Shown here: piece after piece, positions 37,385 to 49,580 of the stretch | Layout of the letters: each line of letters starts with the position of its first letter | How positions within the stretch are numbered: the first letter of the stretch is position 1 | NCBI GenBank assembly: GCA_030390025.1 | Contig: CM059432.1 | Location: 1,984,001-2,048,000, forward strand | Origin: Squalus acanthias | Lineage: Eukaryota | DNA: 64,000 nt | Reading direction: 5' to 3' | Notes under the pieces: generated by a model | What the model saw: only the letters and a program-made list of their open reading frames with translations | Database searches by the model: none | What the model was told of the DNA's origin: nothing | Position numbers and translations under genes: made by a program

Positions 37385-38110
37385 GAAAGAACTGAAAGAA
37401 ATTAGTATTGTTAAAAAAAACAGTACTGGAGAAATTAATGGGACTGAAAGCCGATAAATCCCCTCGACCTGATGGCCTACATCCTATGGTTTTGAAAGAG
37501 TTGGCTGTAGAGATAGTGGATGCATTGGTTGTCATTTTCCAAAATTCCATAGATTCCAGAATGGTTCCTGTGGATTGGAAGGTAGCAAATGTAACTCCAC
37601 TATTTAAGAAAGGAGGGAGAGAGAAAACGGGGAACTACAGACCAGTTAGCCTGACATCAGTGGTGGGGAAAATGCTAGAATCTATTATTAAGGATGTGGT
37701 AAAGGGGCACTTAGAAAATATTAATAGGATTGGGCAGAGTCAACGCGGGTTTATGAAAGGGAAATCGTGTTTGACAAATCTGTTATGTGTTTTCTGAGGT
37801 TGTAATGAGCAGAGCAGATAAGGGGGAACCAGTGGATAAGAACATAAGAAATAGGAGCAGGAGTCGGTCGTTTGGCCCCTCGAGCCTGCTCCACTATTCA
37901 ATAAGATCATGGCTGATCTTCGACCTCAGCCCCACTTTCCTGAACTATCCCCATATCCCTCGATTCCCTTAATATTCAAAAATCTATCGAACTCTGTCTT
38001 GAATATACTCAACGACTGAGCCTCCACAGCCCTCTGGGACAGAGAATTCCAAAGATTCACCACCCTCCGAAGAAATTCCTCCTCATCTCAGTCCTAAATG
38101 GCCGACCCCT
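37385..38110. mobile_element. CR1 RT fragment (+, 37385-37835) joined to an antisense CR1 tail (37838-38110)
   Basis: ORF 37408-37797 with [20 protein letters not shown]. Confidence 0.85.
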
Positions 38111-38344
38111 TATGGAAAACCATCCCATCAGCAGCTAAATTCAAACCTATGATCCCTCGTGCCACAGATATATACATGTGCTGCAATCACAGCACACAAG
38201 CCTTCCACAATGCGCCTAAAAAGGTAGGCAGAGTTTATAAAACAAGCAACAATCCTCAAGCCAGAACCACAAAATACACGAGTATTGCACAATAACTGAC
38301 AAAACACACACAACAGACCTTGCGTAAGGTCGGGGGGGGGAGAC

Positions 38345-39190
38345 CTGCTGCGTAGCCCTGTAATGCAGCACTGCAATGCAGCGCTGTAACGCAACTCTGT
38401 AACGCAGCCCTGCAATGCAGCACAGTAACATGTCCCTGTAACGCAGCTCAGTAACGCAGCTGAGTAATGCGGTACATTAACATGGTCCTGTGACGCAGCC
38501 CTGTGACGCAGCACTGTAACGTGGAACTGTAACGCGGCCCTGTAACGTGGAACTGTAACGCGGCCCTGTAACGTGGAACTGTAACGCGGCCCTGTAACGT
38601 GGAACTGTAACACGGCCCTGTAACGTGGAACTGTAACACGGCCCTGTAACGTGGAACTGTAACGCGGGCCTGTAACATGGAACTGTAACACGGCCCTGTA
38701 ACGTGGGCCTGTAACACGGCTCTGTAACGTGTAACTGTAACACGGCCCTGTAACGTGGAACTGTAACACGGGCCTGTGACGCAGAACTGTAACACGGCCC
38801 TGTAACGTGGAACTGTAACACGGGCCTGTGACGCAGAACTGTAACACGGGCCTGTAACGTGGAACTGTAACACGGGCCTGTGACGCAAAACTGTAACACG
38901 GCCCTGTAACGTGGAACTGTAACACGGGCCTGTGACGCAGAACTGTAACACGGCCCTGTAACGTGGAACTGTAACACGGGCCTGTAACGTGGAACTGTAA
39001 CACGGCTCTGTGACGTGGAACTGTAACATGGCTCTGTGACGTGTAACTGTAACACGGCCCTGTAACGTGGAACTGTAACGCGGACCTGTAACGGGGAACT
39101 GTAACACGGACCTGTAACGTGGAACTGTAACACGGACCTGTGAAGTGGAACTGTAACACGGCCCTGTGACGTAGCGCTGTAATGCAGCCC
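38345..39190. repeat. 26-27-bp minisatellite (CTGTAACGTGGAACTGTAACACGGCC) with degenerate left edge
   Basis: Visible directly. Confidence 0.93.
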
Positions 39191-39225
39191 GGCCTGACAG
39201 AGATTATACTACAAGTGCAAACCGG

Positions 39226-41085
39226 AACACTCACTAACACTGTAACACTCACTAACACTGTAACTCTCACAAACACTGTGACACTCACTAACACTGTAAC
39301 ACTCACTAACACTGTGACACTCACTAACACTGTAACACTCACTAACACTGTGACACTCACTAACACTGTGACACTCACAAACACTGTAACACTCACAAAC
39401 ACTGTAACACTCACTAACACTGTGACATTCACAAACACTGTGACACTCACAAACACTGTAACACTCACAAACACTGTAACACTCACTAACACTGTGACAC
39501 TCACTAACACTGTAACACTCACTAACACTGTGACACTCACAAACACTGTAACACTCACAAACACTGTAACACTCACTAACACTGTAACACTCACTAACAC
39601 TGTGACACTCACAAACACTGTAACACTCACTAACACTGTAACACTCACTAACACTGTAACACTCACTAACACTGTGACACTCACTAACACTGTGACACTC
39701 ACTAACACTGTGACACTCACAAACACTGTAACACTCACAAACACTGTAACACTCACAAACACTGTAACACTCACTAACACTGTAACACTCACTAACAATG
39801 TAACACTCACTAACACTGTGACACTCACTAACACTGTAACACTCACAAACACTGTAACACTCACTAACACTGACATTCACTAACACTGACATTCACAAAC
39901 ACTGTGACACTCAGAAACACTGTAACACTCACAAACACTATCACACTCACTAACACTGTAACACTCACTAACACTGTGACACTCACTAACACTGTGACAC
40001 TCAGAAACACTGTAACACTCACAAACACTGTCACACTCACTAACACTGTAACACTCACTAACACTGTAACACTCACTAACACTGACATTCACTAACACTG
40101 ACATTCACAAACACTGTGACACTCAGAAACACTGTAACACTCACAAACACTATCACACTCACTAACACTGTAACACTCACTAACACTGTGACACTCACTA
40201 ACACTGTGACACTCAGAAACACTGTAACACTCACAAACACTGTCACACTCACTAACACTGTAACACTCACTAACACTGTGACACTCACTAACACTGTAAC
40301 ACTCACTAACACTGTAACACTCACAAACACTGTCACACTCACTAACACTGTAACACTCACTAACACTGTAACACTCACTAACACTGTAACACTCACAAAC
40401 ACTGTAACACTCACAAACACTGTAACACTCACTAACACTGTAACACTCACTAACACTGTGACACTCACAAACACTGTAACACTCACAAACACTGTAACAC
40501 TCACTAACACTGTAACACTCACTAACACTGACATTCACTAACACTGTAACACTCACTAACACTGTAACACTCACAAACACTGTAACACTCACTAACACTG
40601 TAACACTCACAAACACTGTAACACTCACTAACACTGTAACACTGACTAACACTGTGACACTCACAAACACTGTCACACTCACTAACACTGTGACACTCAC
40701 AAACACTGTAACACTCACAAACACTGTGACACTCATAAACACTGTGACACTCACAAACACTGTAACACTCACAAACACTGTAACACTCACTAACACTGTA
40801 ACACTCACTAACACTGTAACACTCACTAACACTGTAACACTCACAAACACTGTAACACTCACTAACACTGTGACACTCACTAACACTGTAACACTCTCTA
40901 ACACTGTAACACTCACTAACACTGTAACACTCACTAACACTGTAACACTCACAAACACTGTAACACTCACTAACACTGTAACACTCACTAACACTGTGAC
41001 ACTCACAAACACTGTAACACTCACTAACACTGTGACACTCACTAACACTGTAACACTCTCTAACACTATAACACTCACAAACACT
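39226..41085. repeat. 18-bp minisatellite (ACACTCACWAACACTGTR), ~1.85 kb
   Basis: Visible directly; translates as (TLTNTV)n. Confidence 0.96.
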
Positions 41086-41427
41086 GAGAAATAACATTTC
41101 TTCTCAACTCAGCTGTCTTTTATTTGTACATGGTTTGTTAGAATGTGGAACTCGCTACCACAGGGAGTGGTTGAGGCGAATAGTATCGATGCATTTAAAG
41201 GGAAGCTGGATAAACACATGAGGGAGAAGGGAATAGAAGGAGTGAGATGAAGCAGGGTGGGAGGAGGCTCATGTGGAGCAGAAGCACCGGCACGGGCCGA
41301 ATGGCCTGTTTCTGTGCTGTAGATTCTATGTATAGTATAATAAAAAGGTGCCATGTTTGTAACATATTTTTACTTACTTATGTACTAAAACAACAAAAAC
41401 TGAAATGGCTGACTCACTGTATAAACA

Positions 41428-41580
41428 GGCCACTCCATGGTCTCTAATGGGATTCCACGTTTAAACTAGTCATTAGCCCAACTGTATGTAACATGCAGGT
41501 ATGTGGTCAGATTCACCCACTTTTGAAATGTAATAATGCACTGGGTCCCCTGCGATATCTTCGATTGCAGCTGTAAAGTT
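41428..41580 (-). repeat. Right arm of the inverted duplication (partner 31142-31528)
   Basis: See left arm; lacks the 234 bp between two ACTAGT motifs. Confidence 0.85.
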
Positions 41581-41595
41581 ACAGGTCCAGAAATG

Positions 41596-42095
41596 AAACA
41601 ACAACAACAACTTGTATTTATACAGCGTCTTTAACGTAGTAAAACGTCCCAAGGCGCTTCACAGGAGCGATTATCAAACAAAATTTGACACCGAGCCACA
41701 TAAGGAGATATTCGGGCAGGTGACCAAAAGCTTGGTCAAAGAGGTAGGTTTTAAGGAGCATCTTAAAGGAGGAGAGAGAGGCGGAGAGGTTTAGGGAGGG
41801 AATTCCAGAGCTCGGGGCCCAGGCAGCTGAAGGCACGGCCGCCAATGGTGGAGCGATGGAAATCGGGGATGTGCAAGAGGCCAGAATTGGAGGAGCGCAG
41901 AGATCTCGGAGGGCTGGAGGAGGTTACATAGATAGGGAGTGGCCAGGCCATGGAGGGATTTGAAAACAAGAATGAGAATTTTAAAATCGAGGTATGGCCG
42001 GACCGGGAGCCAATGTAGGCCAGCGAGCACAGGGGATGATGGGTGAACGGGACTTGGTGCGAGTTAGGACACGGGCAGCAGGAGTTTTGGATGAC
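41596..42095 (-). mobile_element. L2 LINE 3' fragment
   Basis: ORF 41791-42030(-): LHWLPVRPYLDFKILILVFKSLHGL. Confidence 0.85.
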
Positions 42096-42099
42096 CTCG

Positions 42100-42605
42100 T
42101 ATATGGAGGGCTGGTTAATGTCCCTTTCAATAGATTATTCCACTTTAACAGATTTCGGAGGACCAGGGGACAGGAGTTTAAACTGTGTAAGATTGGGAAT
42201 GGACTGGGTGTTGGGCCGTTCTTTCTTCCCCCAGAGAGCAGTGAGCCTCTGGAATGTGTTGCGGGCTGGTGCGGTGGGCGCTGACTCTCTGCCTTCAAGA
42301 GGGAGCTGGACCGGTTCCTGACTGGGGCAGAGAGCGCATTATGTAGAAGGCAAGTGACTTTATAGAGAACACTGGGTCCGTGTGATCTCCTGAGCCGGTT
42401 TCGATTGCCTGAGGAGGTCGGAGGGAAATTTTCCAGCAGATTTTTTTCCCTTATTGGCCGTGGGTTTGTCTCTGGGTTCTTGCCTCTCCCGGGAGATTGC
42501 CTGGCGGTGGGGGAGGAAGTGTCTGCTCACGATGCTCTGACCATCATGGCGTGGGGCAGGCTTGATGGACCAGCTGGTCTTTTCCTGCCCGTCAATCTCG
42601 TAAGT
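42100..42605 (+). mobile_element. Older CR1-like 3' end with long 3' UTR
   Basis: Decayed RTRG..FKL...FFPQRAVSLWNVL..AFKRELDRFL; terminal GGCAGG..GGACCAGCTGGTCTTTTCCTGCC hairpin. Confidence 0.6.
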
Positions 42606-42624
42606 TACTATTCACATGGCAGTA

Positions 42625-43233
42625 GAGAGACTTGCATTTCTACAGCGCCTTTCACGATCACCACCGGATGTCCCAAAGCGCTTTACAGCCAATGAAGTAC
42701 TTTTTGAAGTGTAGTCACTGTTGTAATGTGGGAAACGCAGCGGCCAATTTGCGCACAAACAGCAATGTGATAATGACCAGATAATCTGTTTTTAGTGATG
42801 TTGATTGAGGCCAGGACACTGGGGAGAACTCCCCTGCTCTTCTTCGAAATCGTGCCATGGGATCCTTTAAGTCCACCTGAGAGAGCAAACGGGGCCTCGG
42901 TTTAATGTCTCAACCGAAATACGGCACCTCTGACAGTGCGGCGCTCCCTCAGTACTGCCCCTCCGACAGTGCGGCGCTCCCTCAGTACTGCCCCTCCGAC
43001 AGTGCGGTGCTCCCTCAGTACTGCCCCTCCGACAGTGCGGCGCTCCCTCAGTACTGCCCCTCCGACAGTGCGGCGCTCCCTCAGTACTGCCCCTCCGACA
43101 GTGCAGCACTCCCTCAGTACTGCACTGGGAGCATCAGCCTGGAGTTTTGTGCTGAAGTCTCTGGAGTGGGACTTGAACCCACAACCTTCTGACTCAGAGG
43201 CGAGAGTGCTGCCCACTGAGCCACGGCTGACAC
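42625..43233 (-). mobile_element. Deu-domain SINE with internal 33-bp array (~6 units, 42925-43122)
   Basis: Reverse complement of the 11780/21093 architecture. Confidence 0.88.
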
Positions 43234-43941
43234 AGAGCCTTCTGCTTTGTTGTGGACTTGAAGATGTATTTGTGCGAACACTAGGATTGTCAAGCTGAAC
43301 ATTCTGCGTGTGATTCTGGTGGGACAGGATCTTTCTAAACTCCCCGCGCTAATTGTGGTTTAGACTTTATCATCGAATAAATCAGATTCGAACATGCACC
43401 AAATATTCTGTACACACTGTGTTGCTTTCACAAAATCTTGACTTAATCATACCATTACAATATGAGTTTCATTTTACTGGGAAGCTCGGAGGGGGCTTGA
43501 TGCGCTGCGATTGACAAGGAATTTTGTAAATTAAAATAAACTATTGAAAAATTTAATTTTTTGATCCGCAGTTGCTACGGGAATGGCTTACAACTGAAAA
43601 CATTTGTCTTAAATCAAATAACTCCAGCACAATGTTGACAGATTCAGGCCAGATGATCCTGTCCAGAAGCAAATAAGAGGGTAAAATCTCCCTAGATTTC
43701 GACATCTTCCTGCAGATTCATCAGCTACTTTTGTCAGTTAGAGAAAAGTTAGTGTTGACTGGGTCTCCAGTGTAGGCTTGGTGCTTGATGCGTTCGCAAA
43801 AGAATTTCCTTTAGTTTTACAACAACAACACCTTGCATTTATATAGCAGCATGTCTATTGACACCACTGTGTCAGTCAGTGAGTTGGAGGCGGAGTGGGA
43901 ATTACGGCAGGACTCACAGGACACAGTCTATTTTATAGCAA

Positions 43942-44223
43942 ACAGAGTCTGTTTGAACAGCGCACTGCAGCAAACAGTCTACAGAGTCTGTTTGAACAGC
44001 GCACTGCAGCAAACAGTCTACAGAGTCTGTTTGAACAGCGCACTGCAGCAAACAGTCTACAGAGTCTGTTTGAACAGTGCACTGCAGCAAACAGTCTACA
44101 CAGTCTGTTTGAACAGCGTACTGCAGCAAACAGTCTACAGAGTCTGTTTGAACAGCGCACTGCAGCAAACAGTCTACACAGTCTGTTTGAACAGCGCACT
44201 GCAGCAAACAGTCTACAGAGTCT
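43942..44223. repeat. 39-bp minisatellite, 7 full units (ACAGAGTCTGTTTGAACAGCGCACTGCAGCAAACAGTCT)
   Basis: Visible directly; head-to-tail with no spacers. Confidence 0.95.
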
Positions 44224-44360
44224 ATGTAAAAGAGTCTCTACGAACCATAGCACACAGAACTCCTGACGGAAGCAGGGTAATTACATCTCCCGATAAAAGC
44301 AGGATTATTTCTCCAGCAAAATGTAGTCAGTGGAGGAAAGTAACATAATACAAATGATGT

Positions 44361-44431
44361 GCGTAAAATCAATCCAAGTCACTTACAGCAGCACAGTCTC
44401 CAGGCGTGATTGACAGGGGGATTTACCCAAT
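44361..44431 (+). promoter_or_regulatory. Candidate TALE (PBX-PREP/MEIS) + NF-Y composite element
   Basis: Exact TGATTGACAG (44407-16) with CCAAT 10 nt downstream (44427-31); GCGTAAAATCAATCC (PBX/HOX-like) at 44361-75; motif match only. Confidence 0.35.
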
Positions 44432-44594
44432 CATCTCCATTCTGGCTGGGAATAGTGGTGTCACCATATGCAGCCTTTATATAGCATCTTTAATGTAGTA
44501 AAACCTCCCAAGGTGCTTCACAGAAGCGTTATCAAACAAAATTTGACACTGAGCCACGCAAATGTAAGATGTTAGGACAATGAGGTAAAATTAA

Positions 44595-45335
44595 AAAAAG
44601 ACTTGCATTTATATAGCGCCTTTCACGACCACCGGATGTCTCAAAGCGCTTTACAGCCAATTAAGTGCTTTTTGAAGTGGAGTCACTGTTGTAATGTGGG
44701 AAACATGCACAGCAAGGCCCCACAAACAGCAATGTGATAACAACCAGATAATCTGTTTTTGTTATGTTAGTTGAGGGATAAATATTGGCCAGAACTCCCC
44801 TGCTCTTCTTCGAAATAGTGCCATGGGATCTTTTACGTCCACCTGAGAGAGCAGACGGGACCTCGGTTTAACGTCTTATCCGAAAGATGGCACCTCTGAC
44901 ATTGCAGCGCTCCCTCAGCAGTGCACTGGAGTGTCAGCCTAGCTTTATGTGCTCAAGTCCCTGGAGTGGGACTTGAACTCATGATCTTCCGACTCAGAGG
45001 CAAGGGTGCTACCCACTGGGCCACAGCTGACACGTAGATTTTAAGGAGCGTCTTAAAGGAGGAGAGAGAGGCGGAGAGGTGGAGAGGTTTAGGGAGGGAG
45101 TTCCAGAGCTTAGGGCCCAGGCAACAGAAGGCACGGCCACCAATGGTGGAGCGATGGAAATCGGGGAAGCTCAAGAGGCCAGAATTGGAGGCGCGCAGAG
45201 ATCTCGGAGGGGTTGTGGGGCTGGAGGAGGTTACAGAGATAGGGAGGGGTGAAGCCATGGAGAGCTATGAAAACAAGGATGCGAATTTTAAAATTGAGAC
45301 ATTGCTGGACCGGGAGCCAGTGTGGGTCAGTGAGC
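44595..45335 (-). mobile_element. Deu-SINE (44595-45033) within L2 fragments (44480-44580, 45035-45335)
   Basis: Reverse complements of the families above. Confidence 0.82.
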
Positions 45336-45337
45336 AA

Positions 45338-45444
45338 TATCTGGAACAAAAAGTTAGTATCAGTAATGGTGACCATGATTGTCATAAAAAGCCATCCGGT
45401 TCACTAATGTCCTTTAGGGAAGGAAATCTGCTGCCCTTACCCAG
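45338..45444 (+). mobile_element. LF-SINE-like internal fragment
   Basis: TCAGTAATGGTGACCATG...GGTTCACTAATGTCCTTTAGGGAAGGAAATCTGC, recalled as LF-SINE body; not database-checked. Confidence 0.55.
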
Positions 45445-46034
45445 TAAGAACATAAGAACATAAGAAATAGGAGCAGGAGTAGGCCATTCGGCCCTTCAAG
45501 CCTGCTCCGCCATTCAATGAGATCATGGCTGATCTTCTGCCTCAACTCCATTCACCGGCCTTATCGCCATATCCCTTGATGCCCTTACTAGTCAGAAATC
45601 TATCGACTTCTGTTTTGAATATACCCAATGACTGAGCCTCCACAGCCCTCTGGGGTAGAGAATTCCAAAGATTCACCACCCTCTGTGTGAAGAAATTTCT
45701 TCTCATCTCAGTCCTGAATGGCCTACCTATCTTGAGGCTGTGGCCCCTGGTTCTAGACTCCCCAGCCAAGGGAAACATTCTCCCAGCATCCACCCTATCA
45801 AGCCCTGTAATAATTTTGTATGCTTCAATGAGATCCCCTCTCATTCTTCTGAATTCAAGAGAATACAGGCCTGGTTTACTCAATCTCTTCTCATACGACA
45901 GTCCCGCCATCCCGGGAATCAATCTCGTGAACCTTTGTTGCACTCCCTCTATGGCAAGTATATCCTTCCTTAGGTAAGGAGACCAAAACTGTACACAGTA
46001 CTCCAGGTGTGGTCTCACCAAGGCCCTATATAAT
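45445..46034 (-). mobile_element. CR1 LINE 3' fragment
   Basis: ORF 45542-46057(-); near-identical to 62370-62915. Confidence 0.9.
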
Positions 46035-46115
46035 TGGACAAAAGTGAGAAGTCGCACAACACCAGGTTATAGCCCAACAGTTTTATTTGAAATCACAAGC
46101 TTTCGGAGCTGCTGC
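46035..46115 (-). mobile_element. Truncated copy of the hammerhead-bearing PLE repeat
   Basis: Reverse complement of ~2635-2712; keeps GCUCC-GAAA-GCUU-GUGA but lacks CUGACGA. Confidence 0.75.
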
Positions 46116-46268
46116 CCCTCCCTAACAGCACTGTGGGAGCACCTTCACCACACGGACTGCAGCGGTTCAAGAAGGCGGCTCACCACCACCTTCTCCAGGG
46201 CAATTAGGATGGGCAATAAATGCTGGCCTTGCCAGCGACGCCCACATCCCAGGAAAGAATTAAAAAAA
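46116..46268 (+). mobile_element. Tail of the poly(A)-tailed CR1/L2-group LINE
   Basis: Matches 1910-2068. Confidence 0.8.
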
Positions 46269-46549
46269 CACAACAGATTCTGAGGTGAAAGGTGATTTTT
46301 TTTTTAAAACATCGGCAGACTTTCTACACACTGACGCAACTTGGAAATCCATATTAAAATTAAAATAAAAACTTGGGATGTTTTGCACAGTGAGTACAGT
46401 GTAATCCTGTTAAATAAAAAATGGATCTTGTGTGCAGCTCTGTACCTGTATCAGGAGAATATATTGTTACGAGAAAATAGTGGAGTGCCATAGCAAAGGA
46501 AAACTCATTTACTTTGACAGCAAGATTGTTTCAGAGCAGTTCAAGTCTG

Positions 46550-47722
46550 AGGACATACAAGATTCTGAGGGGGATTGACAGGGTAGATGCTGAGAGGTTG
46601 TTTCCCTTGGCTGGAGAGTCTAGAACCAGGGGTCACAGTCTCAGGATAAGGGATCAGCCATTTAGGACTGAGATGAGGAGGAATTTCTTCACTCAGAGGG
46701 TGGTGAATCTTTGGAATTCTCTACCGCAGAGGGGCTGTGGGTGCTGAGTCTTTGAGTAGATTCAAGGCTGAGATCGATAGATTTTTTAACTCTAGGGGAA
46801 TCAAGGGATATGGGGATGGTGCAGGAAAGTGGAGTTGAGGTCGAAGATCAGCCATGATCTTATTGAATGGCGGAGCAGGCTCGAGGGGCCGAGTGGTCGA
46901 CTCCTGCTCCGAATTCTTCTGTTGTTATGAGCACAGCTGTTGGAGATGGATGGAATTGATCAACGGATTTGCACTTTGAATACTGCCATTGTTGTTATGG
47001 ACTGCACTTAACCAAAAGTCACCCTCTTAATGCTAAACGGAGACTTTAACAGAAGGAAGTCTGGGATAAAATTAACCAGAACAATTGAGGTTGTGTGACT
47101 AAATGAAACAATTTAAAAAAATATCAATAGCAGAAAAATTTCTACCCTGTTGAATAATCAGACAACATGTGTGGTGCTGGAGTATTGTGTCCAATTCTGG
47201 GCACCGCACGTTAGAAAGCCTGTCAAGGCCTTGGAGCGGGTGCAGAGGAGATTTACAAGAATGGTTCCAGGGATGAGGGACTTCAGTGGAGAGACTGGAG
47301 AAGCTGGGATTGTTCTCCTTAGAGCAGAGAAGGGTAAGGGGAGATTTAATCGAGGTGCTCAAAATTATGAAGGGTTTTGATAGAGTAAATAAAGAGAAAC
47401 TGTTTCCACTGGCAGGATTGTCGGTAACCAGAGGACACAGATTTAAGATAATTGGCAAAAGAACCAGAGGGGAGATGAGGAGAAGAAATTTTTTCACACA
47501 GCGAGTTGTTGTGATCTGGAATGCGCTGCCTGAAAGGGCGGTGGAAGCAGATTCAATAGTAACTTTCAAAAGAGAATTGGATAAATACTGGAAGGGGAAA
47601 CATTTGCAGGGATGTGGGGAAAGAGCAGGGGGGAGTGGGACTAATTGGAGAGCTCTTTCAAAGAGCCGGCACAGGCTCGATGGGCCGAATGGCCTCCCTC
47701 TGTGCTGTATGACTCTATGACA
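46550..47722 (+). mobile_element. Two CR1 3' fragments (46550-46930, 47172-47722)
   Basis: ORFs 46514-46747 and 47286-47720 with CR1 C-terminal motifs. Confidence 0.85.
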
Positions 47723-48374
47723 CTGCGACCGACACTTCCAAGTGTTAAAAGACTGAGGGAGGACCTTTCACAGAATTCCACTTCCTGACCACACAAGTTA
47801 AAACTCTTGCCTACCTCAAAAAAATAACATTTTTTTTTATCAAGTACTGCAACTTACCACTAATTTTCCACAGTTAAAAAAAAAATCTCCCTGTAGACTC
47901 ACACAAATTTCGCTATTTTCTTTTAACACCAGCTGTCAAACATTATGTTCTTTCTTCAGTAGCTGCTTTTTATAAATCTACAAATTTCTTTTGCGAAATC
48001 CCAAAAGGTTATCTACAGAGCAAACATCAATATTGTGAAATTATAATCCCACGGGCCAACCTTTAATTAACATTCCTAATAGCAACATGCTGACTATGAT
48101 TAAAGTATCACCGCTATTCTAGAATACTTCAGGGTTTCTCCTTGCCACATTTGTCTCACTTCGCATCGTGAAATGGCTCAGAGTCGATAGCTTTTGCATC
48201 AGACTGCACCTCCAGAAACAAATAACCGTTTAAGCAAACAAAGAAGCAAAAGAAGTCAGTTGAATCAACTTCGACTTGGGAACGTTTTTTACATCACCTA
48301 CCCAACTATCAGGGACACGTGGAAGACTGTTCCTGAAAGGTAAGCTTGTCCAAACTCAGGCAAGCCAGCAGAAG

Positions 48375-48902
48375 CTAGATGCTGAGAGGCGGTTTCCCCC
48401 TGGCTGGAGAGTCTAGAACTAGGGGTCAAAGTCTCAGGATAAGCTGGTCGGCCATTTAGGACTGAGATGAGGAGGAATTTCTTCACTCAGAGGGTGGTGA
48501 ATCTTTGGAATTCTCTGCCCCAGAGAGCTGTGGATGCTCAGTCGTTGAGTATATTCAAGGCTGAGATCGATAGATTTTTGGACTCTAGGGGAATCAAGGG
48601 ATATGGGGATCGGGCGGGAAAGTGGAGTTGAGGTCGAAGATCAGCCATGATCTTATTGAATGGCGGAGCAGGCTCGAGGGGCCGTGTGGCGGAGCAGGCT
48701 CGAGGGGCCGTGTGGCGGAGCAGGCTCGAGGGGCCATGTGGCGGAGCAGGCTCGAGGGGCCGTATGGCGGAGCAGGCTCGAGGGGCCGTGTGGCGGAGCA
48801 GGCTCGAGGGGCCGTGTGGCGGAGCAGGCTCGAGGGGCCGTGTGGCGGAGCAGGCTCGAGGGGCCGTGTGGCCGACTCCTGCTCCTAATTCTTATGTTCT
48901 TA
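48375..48902 (+). mobile_element. CR1 3' fragment whose 3' UTR contains a 26-bp tandem array (8 units, 48661-48868)
   Basis: (TGGCGGAGCAGGCTCGAGGGGCCGTG)x8 at a position that is single-copy in other tails. Confidence 0.9.
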
Positions 48903-49019
48903 GAACTGAAAATTTGTCAAGCTTTGTTCGTTTCAGGTTTTGGAGTAACTCTGACTTATTCAATTACTTATTCGTGGCAAGTTAGCCGGTTGGAGTTGAG
49001 CTGGGAGTTTACTTAACTT

Positions 49020-49580
49020 AGTTAGGCCCCAGCTGGAGTATTGGGTCCAATTCTGGGCACCACACTTTAGGAAGGATGTCAAGGTCTTAGAGAGGGTGCA
49101 GAGGAGGTTTACCAGAATGGTACCAGGAATGAGGGACTTCTGTTACGTGGAGAGACTGGAGAAGCTGGGATTGTTCCCCTTGGAGCAGAGAAGGTTAAGG
49201 GGGGATTTAATAGAGGTGTTCAAAATCATGAATGGTTTTGATAGAGTAAATAAGGAGAAACTGTTTCCACTGGCAGGAGGGTCAGTAACCAGAGGACACA
49301 GATTGAAGGTGATTGGCAAAAGAACCAGAGGGGGAGATGAGGAGAATTTTTATTACGCAGCGAGTTGTTGTGATCTGGAACGCGCTGCCTGAAAGGGCGG
49401 TGGGAGCAGATTCAATAGTAACTTTCAAAAGGGAATTGGAGAAATACTTCAAGGGGAAAAATTTGCAGGGCTATGGGGGAAAGGGCGGGGGGGAGTGGGA
49501 CTAATTGGAGAGCTCTTTCAAAGAGCCGGCACAGGCAAGATGAGCCGAATAGCCTCTTTCTGTGGTGTACGCTTCTATGA
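49020..49580 (+). mobile_element. CR1 3' fragment
   Basis: ORF 49096-49392. Confidence 0.87.

Noticed and set aside
38128..41097. (TLTNTV)n / (VSVTVL)n ORFs resembling TxT ice-binding or mucin repeats
   Set aside because: 18-bp satellite open on both strands, broken by 16-bp variants; no signal peptide or exon structure.
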